A stretch of DNA of 64,000 nt from Malacoraja senta (Eukaryota): NCBI GenBank assembly GCA_038087875.1, contig JAXLNO010000511.1, positions 1 to 64,000 on the forward strand, in the 5' to 3' direction. Below the pieces are notes generated by a model that saw only the letters and a program-made list of their open reading frames with translations, did not search any database and was not told the DNA's origin. The translations under genes and the position numbers were made by a program. Below are positions 25,201-37,800 of the stretch, one piece after another. Numbering within the stretch: position 1 is the stretch's first letter; every line of letters begins with the position of its first letter.

Positions 25201-28048
25201 ATTTTTTCAATAAATGCTGGTAAAACTCCCGGTTTAGATGGGTTTACAGTAGAATTTTTAAAGTATTTCTCAAATTTATTGTCTCCATGGCTATGCAAGT
25301 TATTTAAAGAAGCCTTTTTTAAGGAATAGATTACCACAATCTTTTTATGAAGCTTCTATTTCTTTAATTAAAAAAAAAAGATAAAGACCCTACTGAAGTG
25401 ACATCATATGGACCTATATCAATGTTAAATGTAGATTTTAAAATTCTTTCCAAAATATTAGCTATGAGATTAGAAAAGATTGTACCGCAAATTATCTCTG
25501 AAGATCAGACAGGTTTTTATTAAAAATCGTTACTCATTCTTTAATGTTAGGAGATTAATAAATATTGTACATACAGCGTCTAATAAAACCCCAGAATGTG
25601 TCATCTCACTTGATGCCGAGAAGGTTATTGATAGAGTAGAATGGAATACTTATTCAATATACTTGAAAAAGTTAAGGTTGGTCCAAAATTTATCTCTTGG
25701 ATAAAACTGATATATCTTATACCTCAGGCTTCTGTATTTACTAATAATCAGTGATCCCCTTTTTCAAGCTCTTTCAAGGTACTAGACAGGGCTGTCCCTT
25801 AAGTCCTTTACTATTTGATATTGCTTTGGAAACTTTAGCCACTGCTATTAGGGAATCCCCTAATATTTTTGGTATTGTCCGCGGGAATAAGACACATAAG
25901 CTATCTCTTTATGCAGATGATCTGTTATTATTTATTTCTAACCCTGAGAAATCTATTCCGGCAATAGTAGCATTACTTAATCAATTCAGTAGTTTTTCTG
26001 GTTATAAACTAAATCTTAGTAAGAGTGAGCTTTCCCATTAAATAAATTTGTTTCCAGTTATGGACAGCTTCCATTTAGATTGACTACCGAAAGTTTTACT
26101 TATTTAGGTATTAAGATCACCAAGAAACACAAGGATTTATTTAAAGCTAATTTTATTCCTTTAATTGACCATATTAAACATCAGTTCACTAAATGGTCAC
26201 CAATGACCTTATCCTTAATTGGCCGAATCAATGCTATTAAAATGTTCATTTTACCTACATTTCTGTATTTATTTCAGACGATACCAATTTTTATTGCCAA
26301 ATCTTTCTTTGATGTTATAGACTCTAAAATGTCTTCATATATATGGCAGAATAAAAATCCCAGACTAGGTACGAAATACCTACAGAAATCAAAAAATGTT
26401 GGTGGTTTGGCATTGCCGAACCATAGACTCTACTATTGGGCAGTCAATGTTCGTTATTTAACATTTTGGACAAAAGATTTAGAAGATACCCAATGCCCTG
26501 GATGGATAAACCTAGAATGTGATTCCTTACAAGGTCTATAATTGGCTTCTATTCTCGGGGCCTCGTTACCTTTTACAATTACGAGATTGAATAAATATAT
26601 GATGAACCCAATAATAAGACATACGTTCCGAATACGGTTTCAATTTCATACGTTTTTTGGACTAAATGATTTTATCCAAATTTCTCTTCCAACCATCTAG
26701 TACTGATCAAGTTTTTTTGTTATGGAAGAGGAAGGGATTAGTAGCTTTTCGTAATTTGTTTTTGGAGGGTTGTTTTATGTCTTTCGAACAACTCTCCAAT
26801 AAATATAACTTACCTAATTTACACTTTTTTAGATATTTACAAATTAGACAAAAGGAAGTACCCCTTTTTCCGCTCTCACATCAACCCGAAATTTTGGATT
26901 TTTTTTTACAGTTGAACCCTTATCAGAAAGGATTAATAACGACTAATCATGAGTTGATTTTAAAATTGCAAATAGATACATTTGATAAAATTAAGAATGA
27001 CTGGGAAAGAGAACTCCAAATTTCTTTATCTATAGAGAAATAGGAGGGGATCCTTCAATTAGTTAATACCTCTTCAATGTGTGCAAGACACGCTTTGATA
27101 CAATTCGAGGTGGTCCACAGAGCTCATATGTCAAAAGATAAGTTAGCTCGTTTTTATGGTCATATAAATCCTACCTGTGACAGATGTAACTCTGAAGTGG
27201 CATCACTGACCCATATGTTTTGGTCCTGCCCTCTTTTGGAAAAATATTGGAAATACATTTTTGATACTATTTCGGTAGTCTTAGGTATAGATTTATAACC
27301 TCATCCTATTACTGCAATTTTTGGGTTACCAATGTTAGATTCTATTCATTTGTCCCACTCCGCCCATCGGTTGATTGCTTTTACCACATTAATTGCCAGA
27401 AGATTTATTTTCTTTAAATGGAAAGATTCCAACCCTCCGACCAAACTCCAGTGGTACTCTGAAACGATATCATGATTAAATTTAGAAAAAATCAGAAGTG
27501 ACATTGTTGAACCCTTGGATAAATTTGATAAGACTTGGGGAAAATTTATAGAACACATTCATACAACATAAATTGTTCCCTCTTTAACCTTTATAAAAAA
27601 TATTTTACCTTCATAGGGTGGAACGGACTTGACGACAAACAGACTGAAATTGTTGAATTTCTCAGTTCAGATTCGGTTTTGCTCTGTTTTGTTTTATTTA
27701 TTTATTTATTTTATTTGTATTCTTATTTTATTATTATCAATTTTTTTATTTATTTTTTAGTTTAGGGGGGTTTTGTTTTTTCTTTTTCTTTTGTCTTTTT
27801 ATCTTTGCTTTTTTTAAACATTTATGTTTCCTTTTAAAGATTTAACTACATTTACATAAAGACCGAGAGGTGTATTTTGACACTGGTCTCATATTAGGTT
27901 ATATCTGTTATTAATGTGTTTAATCCTGATCCCTATGTATCAATACCATTGTTATGTTTATCATTATTCTTTTTGCTCTGTTTTTTATGTTTTATTTTTG
28001 TTTTATTTTTTTGGAAAAAAGCAATTAAAAGATTTAAAAAGAAAGGTA
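22216..28048 (+). mobile_element. Near-full-length decayed L1-clade LINE
   Basis: ORF1 remnants 22386-23256 (coiled coil, IVGLPEG, AHRIG); ORF2 remnants: SWNVNGLN, QETH, GGDFN, SDHAP, LDAEK, GTRQGCPLSP, LYADD, CDRC...HMFWSC; T-rich 3' UTR and A-rich end; many frameshifts. Confidence 0.93.
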
Positions 28049-28580
28049 CTGAATAAAAAAGTTGGGATGTTCTGCTACATTTGTACAAGATGTTGGTGAG
28101 GCCACATTTGGAGTATTGTGTCAAGTTTTGGTCACTCGACTATCGGAAGGATGTCATTAACAGGGCCTGTGATTCAGGGAGAGGATGAGAATGCTTGGAC
28201 TTTAGTCCTTGGCACGCAAGAGGCTGCGGGGTGATCTTATAGAAGTTTATAAAATCAAGGAGCATAGATAGATTGAATGCACAGAATCTTTTAACCAGCC
28301 TTGTGTAATCAAGAACCAGACAACTTAGGTTTAAGGTGAGAAGGAAACGAGTTACTCAGAACCAGAGGAAGTGGAAATATGGAAGAACATTCCAGGGGAA
28401 GGAGTTGAGGCAGGTATTAAAAAACATTTAGAACACACTTGGACAGGTACATACTGTAGATAGGAAAGGTTCAGTGAGATATGGGTCAATTGCAGGAAAA
28501 TTGTAGTTTAAACATGGCATCTTGGTTGGCATGGCCAAGTTGAGGCAAAGGGCCCATTTCCATGCCGTATGATTCTATTG
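28049..28580 (+). mobile_element. Decayed CR1 3' fragment
   Basis: ttggtgaggccacatttggagtattgtg = LVRPHLEYC, followed by 3' UTR-like sequence. Confidence 0.8.
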
Positions 28581-29119
28581 CTCCGGGTGCTTGAAAAGCC
28601 AATTCTTTTCCGTTTCACTGCTAAATGATAGTTAATCACCCTCACTAATAGTGACCACAATGGCAGACCCATGACCACGACTGGTTTACAGTGATAATAA
28701 GCTAACGATTGCCTCAGTTCAAATATGCATGTCGTTGATGTTCAATGACTAAATTGTTGCTGCATTCTTAGTTTTGGCAAGGTTCTGATCTGGGTGCTGG
28801 AGCTGTTAGGCATCTTGATACCATGAAAGCAGAACCTCCGTTTCAGGAAATATACTTGCTGAATGGTGTCTCAGACCAGCAATGCCAGGGAACATTGTAT
28901 TTTGAAGAGGAAATATTACACAACCAAGGCCAAATGCTCGAGAAAGCTGCATGTCTGTTGTTTCAATGAAAATTCTGCTCTTCATCCATCTTGTCATTTT
29001 GCTCACCCAGTTTAGTTTATAATATTGTATAACATTTGCAATCAATTCTCACAGTTTATGACATTAGCTGGCGTGAAGATGCATCAGTCAATACCTTCTG
29101 TCTTCCAATTTAGTTTATT

Positions 29120-29600
29120 TAATAGAAAGATAGAAACATAACAAAATAGGTGCAGGAATAGGCTATTCGGCCCTTTGAGCCAGCACCGCCATTCAATACA
29201 ATCATGGCTGATCATCCAAAATTAATACACCGTTCTGGCTTTTCCCCCATATCCCTTGACTCCCTCAGCCCTAAGAGCTAAATCTAACTCTCTCTTGAAA
29301 ACAGTGATACAGTGTGTAAACAGGCCATTTGTGCCACCAAATCCATACTAACCAGCAATCGCCCATTCATAATAGATTCCCATCCACCCCCTACACTGTC
29401 AGGGTGACTTACCGAGAATGATTACCTGCACACCTGCTCATCTTTGGGATATGGGAGGAAACCCGAGCTCCCTGAGGAAGCTCACATAGTCACAAGAGAA
29501 TGTGCAAACTCCACGTAGACAGTACCCGAGGTCCAGATTGAACCTGGGTCTCTGGCGTTGTGAGGCAGCAGTTCTACCAGCTGCACTACCATGCTGCATT
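29120..29600 (-). mobile_element. CR1 3' tail fragment followed by an HE1-like SINE
   Basis: atagaaacata...taggtgcagg...gccattcaat tail at 29120-29300; SINE head gaggcagcagttctaccagctgcactacc at ~29560-29590. Confidence 0.75.
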
Positions 29601-30470
29601 ACGTACAAACTCTAAATCCTACACTGTCTTTCCCTTCCACTTGTTATATTCAACACAATAACTCCTTTACACAGGAAGAAAGTGAACGGCAATTCATCAC
29701 CAGAATATATCTTACAACAGTGTGATCACAGGCAAGAAACCAGTGATATAGATGACTGAATTTACACTACAACCCTGATCATCCAGCTCTCTTGGGATTT
29801 GGGAAATGGTAGATTTTAAGGACTGCTGCATGATACTCCAAACATACTTTAATTCAACTAATTTAAGCATTTGTTGAGCAAGTCAGTGGTTGAGGTGCAT
29901 CTGTACACTACTATCAGACTTAAGCGGAGGAAGAACCATTGTAATTTGCCTGAAGAGTCTCGAACCAGATTGTCACCTATCCATGGTCTCCAGGGATGTT
30001 GCCTGACCTGCTGAGTTACTATAGCACTGTCCCTCACAGTGTTTCCCTATCTTATAAATCAAAAATAGTCAGCATGTTTCTACATCATAAAGAGTCATGG
30101 AAATATGCAGCATACAAACATGGCCTTTGTCCCACTGATCTGCACCAACCATTCATGTACACTAATCCTACATTTGTCCCACATTTTCATCAGCTCTCCC
30201 CACATTGTATCATGCACAATCTAGGGGACAACTAACCTACCAAACAATGTTTTGGGGATGTGGGAGGAAACCAGAGCACCTGGGGAAACCACTTGGCCAC
30301 AGGAACAACATGCAAACTCCACAGATGTTGGAATTTAATTCAGGTCTCTGACTCGGTGCTGCCCTGTTTCACATTGTAGTCCACCTGTCATGTTGTTGCT
30401 CATTCATTCGACTTTCCACCTTGAACCATTTTTCCCAACACCACTTAATTTTGAGTCTTCCAGTTACTGT

Positions 30471-30775
30471 GGCCACGATGGCACAGCGGTAGAGTTGCTG
30501 CCTTACAGCGCTTGCAGCGCTGGAGACTCGGGTTCGATCCCGACCACTGATGCTGACTGTACAGAGTTTGTACGTTCTCCTCATGACCGCGTGGGTTTTC
30601 TCCGAGATCTAAGGTTTCCTCCCACACTCCAAAGATATACAGGTATGTAAGTTAATTGGCATGGTGTGTGTGTGTATAGGATAGTGTTAATGTGCGGGGA
30701 TCACTGGTCAGCGCAGACTCCATGGGCCGAAGGGCCTGTTTCGTCACTGCATCTCTAAATTAATCTAAAGAAAAC
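30471..30775 (+). mobile_element. Full-length tRNA-derived HE1-like V-SINE
   Basis: A box TGGCACAGCGG, B box GGGTTCGATCC, central V-domain GGTTTCCTCCCACACTCCAAAGA, CR1-type 3' part GGGCCGAAGGGCCTGTTTC and a ctaaa tail. Confidence 0.92.
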
Positions 30776-31143
30776 TAGTAAATGTTAAACTGTAACCAAT
30801 CTGCCTCATAGCTGACTTGGATCATGAACAGTTGGTTGGCGATTGGTATGGACACGGTGGGCCGAAAGGACTGCCCCCATGCTGTACTTTTTAATTACTC
30901 ATTGATATTTCTAGGATTTGGTGCAGTGAATCCATAATGTTTAACTTTTTTTTTTACACTGAATTCACAATTTTCAAATATCTGATCATCAGAAACATTT
31001 AACAACATCACAAAGGCTAGTTGGCAGTGGTGACTGTCGAGGCATTTCAGGTGTAGCTGCTGCCTTATCCTACTTGAGATCGATCATTTCTTCAAGCCCA
31101 ATACCTTTACTAGCAACAGTTCATCACAATTTTTCCATCTTAC

Positions 31144-31249
31144 CTCTCCTCTTTTTTCTCCGCCAAACAATTACTGCCAAGACAATAGCCAGCAATATCA
31201 GCACACACGGCAATAAGGCCTATGTGCCTGTCTTTCTTCCTATTTCCTT
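31144..31249 (-). pseudogene. Isolated transmembrane-domain exon of a type I membrane protein, apparently frameshifted
   Basis: Acceptor tatttttcAG and donor GTAAG; encodes EGNRKKDRHIGLIAVC then, after a shift in a (GT)n run, VLILLAIVLAVIVWRRKKRR (hydrophobic helix plus basic stop-transfer); length 106 nt. Confidence 0.6.
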
Positions 31250-31315
31250 CTGAAAAATAAGAATGCATAATTTTACAAATCAATTGCTAAGCTGTGCAGC
31301 TAAATAGATTGGCAC

Positions 31316-31430
31316 TGTCTGAAGACTTCAGGGTGAATAAGGGTCTCGACCCGAAATGCCACCTATTCCTTTTCTCCAGAGATGCTACCTGACCGCTGAG
31401 TTATTCCTGCATTTTGTGTCTATCTTTGGC
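31316..31430 (+). mobile_element. Penelope-type terminal-repeat fragment with hammerhead-like stem II
   Basis: GGGTC-TC-GACCC hairpin (31341-31352) followed by GAAA; downstream ccagagatgct...ctgagtta motif. Confidence 0.65.
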
Positions 31431-31810
31431 GCTTTTCAACATATATAAATATGTTGTTTTGAATCATGGAGTTCTGCAACATGGCAAAGGGACAATATCT
31501 GTTCTGTACAACTCTATGATCTATGGTACCATCACAGCCACAACTTAATTCATGAAAGAAGGTGAATTTAAAGCAGAAAGCTTTAACCCTATATAAACTA
31601 ACATCTGTTTTGTGGAAAATGCTGGATTCCTTTCAGTAATGGCAGAACATTTGAGTAATAACAAAACAATAAAGTGCATTATCAGGGCATTAACAGGAAA
31701 ATTGTAGAAAGAAAGAGATGCAGATACTGATTTACACAAAAGCTTTAGTTTAGTTTATTGTCACGAGTACTGAGGTACAGTGAACAGCTTTTGTTTCATG
31801 CTAGGCCTTG

Positions 31811-34800
31811 TCTGAACTTTAGTCACTTTTCGCGTGCGGAATTTCCATCGCTTTTCGCGTCATGAAGGTTTGTCGCTTTTCGCGTGCTGAATTTTCGTCA
31901 CTTTACACGTGCAGAGTTTTAGTTGGTTTTAATATCCTGAAGGTTCCTCTCTTTTCACGTGCTGAATTTTCGTCACTTTTTGTATGCTCAATTTTCGTCG
32001 CTTTTCGTGTGTTGAAATTTCGCCGCTTTTCACGTTCTGAAATTTCGCCGCTTTTCACGTTTTGAAATTACGTCGCTTTATGCGTCCTGATGTTTTGTCA
32101 TTTTCCGCATGCTGAATTTTCGACGCTTTTTGTGTGCTGAAATTTTGGCACTTTTCGTGTGCTGAAATTTCATCGTTTTCATGTTCTGAAATTTCGTCGC
32201 TTTATGCGTCCTGTAATTTCGTCACGTTTTGCATGGTGAATTTTCGTCGCTTTTTGAGTGCTGAAATTTTGGCACTTTTTGTGTGCTGAAATTTCGTCGC
32301 TTTTCATGTTCTGAAATTTCGTCGCTTTATGTGTCCTGTAATTTCGTCGCGTTTCGCATGCTGAATTTTAGTCGCTTTTTGTGTGCTGAAATTTCGGCGC
32401 TTTTCGTGTGCTGATATTTTGTCACTTTTGGCGTACTGAATTTTCGTCGCTTTTCATGTCCTGAAGGATCGTCGCTTATCACGTCCTGAAGGGTCGTCGC
32501 TTTTCGCGTGCTGAATTTTCGTCGCCTTATTTGTGCTGATATTACGTTGCTTTTCGCGTGCTGAACTTTTGTCGCTTTTTGCATGCTTCATTTTCATTGC
32601 TTTTCGTGTCTTGAAGGTTCGTTGCTTTCCGCATGCTGAATTTTTGTCGCTTTCGCATGCTTAATTTTTGTCGCTTTTCGCGTGCTAAATTTTCGTCGCT
32701 TTTAACGTTCTGAAATGTAGTCACTTTTGCCTGTGGAATTTCTGTCGCTTTTCGCCTCCTGAAGGTTTGTCGCTTTACGCGTGCTGAATATTTGTCACTT
32801 TACGCGTGCTGAATTTTCGTTGGTTTTAACGTCCTGAAGGTTCCTCTCTTTTCGCATGCTGAATTTTCGTCGCTTTCCGCATGCTGAATTTTCGTCGGTT
32901 TTCGCGTGATGAAATTTCGTCGGCTTTCATGTACTGAAATTTCGTCGCTTTCTCATCCTGAAATTTCGTTGCTTTATTCGTCCTGATATTACGTCGCTTT
33001 TCGCGTGCTGAATTTTTAATGCTTTTTGCATGCTGAATTTTCATCGCTTTTTGCGTGCTAAGTTTTCGTCAATTTTCACGTTCTGAACTTTAGTCACTTT
33101 TCGCATGCGGAATTTCTGTCGCTTTTCGCCTCCTGAAGGTTTGTCGCTTTACACATGCTGAATTTTTGTCACTTTACGCGTGCTGAATTTTCGTTGGTTT
33201 TAACGTCCTGAAAGTTCCTCTCTTTTCGCGTGCTGAATTTTCGTCGCTTGCCGCATGCTGAATTTTCGTCGCTTTTCGCGTGATGAAATGTCGTCGGCTT
33301 TCATGTCCTGAAATTTCGTTGCCTTTCTCATCCTGAAATTTCGTCGCTTTATTCGTCCTGATATTACGTCGCTTTTCGCGTGCTGAATTTTTAATGCTTT
33401 TTGCATGCTCAATTTTCATCGCTTTTGCGTGCTAAATTTTCGTCAATTTTCACGTTCTGAACTTTAGTCACTTTTCGCGTGCGGAATTTCCGTCGCTTTT
33501 CGCGTCCTGAATGTTTGTCGCTTTTCGCGTGCTGAATTTTCGTCACTTTACGCGTGCAGAATTTTAGTTGGTTTTAATGTCCTGAAGGTTCCTCTCTTTT
33601 CACGTGCTGAATTTTCGTCACTTTTCGTATGCTGAATTTTTGTCGCTTTTCGTGTGTTGATATTTCGCCGCTTTCCACGTTCTGAAATTTTGCCGCTTTT
33701 CACGTTCTGAAATTACGTCGCTTTTCATGTGCTGAAATTTCGCCGCTTTTCACATTCTGAAATTTCGTCGCATTATGCATCGCTTTATTAGTCCTGATGT
33801 TTTGTCGCTTTTTGCATGCTGAATGTTCGTTGCTTGTCGTCTGCTGAAATTTCGTCGCTTTTACACGTGCTGAGTTTTTGTCACTTTACGCAAGCCGAAA
33901 TCTCGTTGGTTTTAACGTCCTGAAGGTTCCTCTCTTTGCGTGCTGAATTTTCGTCATTTTCATGTGCTGATATTTCGTCGCTTTTCTTGTCCAGAAGGAT
34001 CGTCACTTTTCGCGTGCTGAATTTTCGTCGCTTTTCACATGGTGAATTTTTGTCGGTTATATTATGCTGAAATGTCATCGCTTTTCACGTCCTGAAATTC
34101 GCTTTTGATATTTTCATTGGTTTTAACGTCCTGAAGGTTCCTCTCTTTTCGCGTGCTGAATTTTCGTCACTTTCCGCATGCTGAATCCCCATCGCTTTTC
34201 GCGTGATGAAATTTCGTCGGCTTTCATGTCCTCAAATTTCGTCGCCTTTCTCATCCTGAAATTTCGTCGCTTTATTCGTCCTGATATTACGTCGCTTTTC
34301 ACGTGCTGAATTTTTAATGCTTTTTGCATGCTGAATTTTCATCGCTGTTTGCGTGCTAAATTTTCGTCAATTTTCACGTTCTGAACTTTAGTCACTTTTC
34401 GCGTGCGGAATTTCCGTCGCTTTTCGCGTCCTGAAGGTTTGTCGCTTTTCGCGTGCTGAATTTTCGTCACTTTACGCGTGCAGAATTTTAGTTGGTTTTA
34501 ATGTCCTGAAGGTTCCTCTCTTTTTACGTGCTGAATTTTCGTCACTTTTCGTATGCTGAATTTTCGTCGCTTTTCGTGTGTTGATATTTCGCCGCTTTTC
34601 ACATTCTGAAATTTCGCCGCTTTCACGTTCTGAAATTACGTCGCTTTTCATGTGCTGAAATTTTGCCGCTTTTCACATTCTGAAATTTCGTCGCATTATG
34701 CATCGCTTTATTAGTCCTGATGTTTTGTCGCTTTTTGCATGCTAAATTTTCGTTGCTTGTCGTCTGCTGAAAATTCGTCGCTTTTACACGTGCTGAATTT

Positions 34801-37800
34801 TTGTCACTTTACGCAAACCGAAATTTCGTTGGTTTTAACGTCCTGAAGGTTCCTCTCTTTGCGTGCTGAATTTTCGTCACTTTTGATGTGCTGATATTTC
34901 GTCGCTTTTCTTGTCCTGAAGGATCGTCAATTTTCGCGTGCTGAATTTTCGTCGCTTTTCACATGGTGAATTTTCGTCGCTTATATTATGCTGAAATGTC
35001 ATCGCTTTTCACGTCCTGAAATTCGCTTTTGACATTTTCATTGATTTTAATGTCCTGAAAGTTCCTCTCTTTTCGCGTGCTGAATTTTTGTCACTTTCCG
35101 CATGCTGAATTTCCGTCGGTTTTCGCGTGATGAAATTTCGTCGGCTTTCATGTCCTGAAATTTCGTCGCCTTTCTCATCCTGAAATTTCGTCGCTTTATT
35201 CGTCCTGATATTACGTCGCTTTTCGCGTGCTGAATTTTTAATGCTTTTTGCATGCTGAATTTTCATCGTTTTTTGCGTGCTAAATTTTCGTCAATTTTCA
35301 CATTCTGAACTTCAGTCACTTTTCGCGTGCTGAATTTCTGTCGCTTTTCGCGTGCAGAATTTTAGTTGGTTTTAATGTCCTGAAGGTTCCTCTCTTTTCA
35401 CGTACTGAATTTTCGTCGCTTTTCGTATGCTGAATTTTCGTCGCTTTTCGTGTGTTGATATTTCGCCGCTTTTCACGTTCTGAAATTTCACCGCTTTTCA
35501 CGTTCTGAAATTACGTCGCTTTATGCGTCCTGATGTTTCGTCACTTTCCGCATGCTGAATTTCCGTCGCTTTTCATGTGCTGAAATTTCGCCGCTTATCA
35601 CGTTCTGAAATTTCGTCACTTGTCGTCTGCTGAAAATTCGTCGCTTTTACACGTGCTGAATTTTTGTCACTTTACGCAAGCCGAAATTTCGTTGGTTTTA
35701 ACGTCCTGAAGGTTCCTCTCTTTGCGTGCTGAATTTTCGTCACTTTTGATGTGCTGATATTTCGTCGCTTTTCTTGTCCTGAAGGATCGTCAATTTTCGC
35801 GTGCTGAATTTTCGTCGCTTTTCACATGGTGAATTTTCGTCGCTTATATTATGTTGAAATGTCATCGCTTTTCACGTCCTGAAATTCGCTTTTGACATTT
35901 TCTTTGGTTTTAACGTCCTGAAGGTTCCTCTCTTTTCGCGTGCTGAATTTTTGTCACTTTCCGCATGCTGAATTTCCATCGGTTTTCGCGTGATGAAATT
36001 TCGTCGGCTTTCATGTCCTGAAATTTCGTCGCCTTTCTCATCCTGAAATTTCATCGCTTTATTCGTCCTGATATTACGTCGCTTTTCGCGTGCTGAATTT
36101 TTAATGCTTTTTGCATGCTGAATTTTCATCGTTTTTTGCGTGCTAAATTTTCGTCAATTTTCACATTCTGAACTTTAGTCACTTTTCGCGTGCTGAATTT
36201 CCGTCGCTTTTCGCGTGCAGAATTTTAGTTGGTTTTAATGTTCTGAAGGTTCCTCTCTTTTCACGTGCTGAATTTTCGTCGCTTTTCGTATGCTGAATTT
36301 TCGTCGCTTTTCGTGTGTTGATATTTCGCCGCTTTTCACGTTCTGAAATTTCGCCGCTTTTCACGTTCTGAAATTACGTCGCTTTATGCGTCCTGATGTT
36401 TCGTCGCTTTCCACATGCTGAATTTCCGTCACTTTTCATGTGCTGAAATTTCGCCGCTTATCACGTTCTGAAATTTCGTCACTTGTCGTCTGCTGAAAAT
36501 TCGTCGCTTTTACACGTGCTGAATTTTTGTCACTTTACGCAAGCCGAAATTTCGTTGGTTTTAACGTCCTGAAGGTTCCTCTCTTTGCGTGCTGAATTTT
36601 CGTCGCTTTTCATGTGCTGATATTTCGTCGCTTTTCTTGTCCTGAAGGATCATCACTTTTTGCGTGCTGAATTTTCGTCGCTTTTCACATGGTGAATTTT
36701 CGTCGCTTATATTATGCTGAAATGTCATCGCTTTTCACGTCCTGAAATTTCGTCGCTATTCGCGTGTAGAATTATCGTCACTTTCCGCGTGCTGAATTTT
36801 CCTCGCTTTTCGCGTGCTTAATTTTGGTCACTTTTCATGTTCTGAAATTTCGCCACTTTTTGTGTGCTGAATTTTCGTCACTTTTCGTGTGCTGATGATG
36901 TTTCATCGCTTTTCGCTTGCTGAATTTTCATCGCTTTTTGTGTGCTGAAATTTCGGTGCTTGTCGTCTGCTGAAAATTCGTAGCTTTTCATGTTCTGAAA
37001 TTTCGTCGCCTTATGCGTCTTGTAATTTCGTCAATTTTCGCATGCTGAATTTTCCTTGCTTTTTGTGTGCTGAAATTTCGGGGCTTTTCATGTGCTGATA
37101 TTTCGTCGCTTTTCACTTCCTGAAATTTCGTCACTTTTGGCGTGCTGAATTTTCGTCGCTTTTCTGGTACTGAAGGATCGTCGCTTTTCGCATGCTGAAA
37201 TTTTGTCGCTTTTCGCATAGTGAATTTTCGTCGCTTTTAGTATGCTGAAATTTCGTCGCTTTTCGCGTCCTTAAATTTCGTCACTTTTCGCGTGCTGAAT
37301 TTTCGTCGCCTCTTGCGTGCTTAATTATCGTCGCTTTTCATGTTCTGAACGATCGTCGCTTTTCACAGGCTGAATTTTCGTCTGTTTTCGCATGCTGAAA
37401 TTCCTTCGCCTTTCATGTCCTGAAATTTCGTCACCTTTCACATCCTGAAATTTCGTCGCTTTATACGTCCTGATGTTATGTCGCTTGGTTTTAACTTCCT
37501 GAAGGTTCCTCTCTTTTCGCATGCTGAATTTTCGTTACTTTTCACATGCTTAATTTTCGTCGCTTTTTGCGTACTAAATTTTCGTTATGAAATTTAGTCA
37601 CTTTTCTCGTGCGGAATTTCCGTTGCTTTTTGCCTCCTGAAGATTTGTCGCTTTATGCATGCTAAATTGTTGTCACATTAACCGTGCTGAATTTTCTTTG
37701 GTTTTAACGTCCTGAAGGTTCATCTCTTTTTTCACATGCTGAATTTTTGTCGCTTTTCGCATGCTGAATTTCCATCACTTTTCATGTGCTGAAATTTCGC

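Noticed and set aside
30471..30545. tRNA gene
   Set aside because: The A/B boxes belong to the head of an HE1-like SINE and run straight into the V-domain and LINE-derived tail.
32815..32835. Possible CENP-B box (TTTCGTTGG...) in satellite variants
   Set aside because: Only the TTCG half matches; the required A and CGGG positions are absent.
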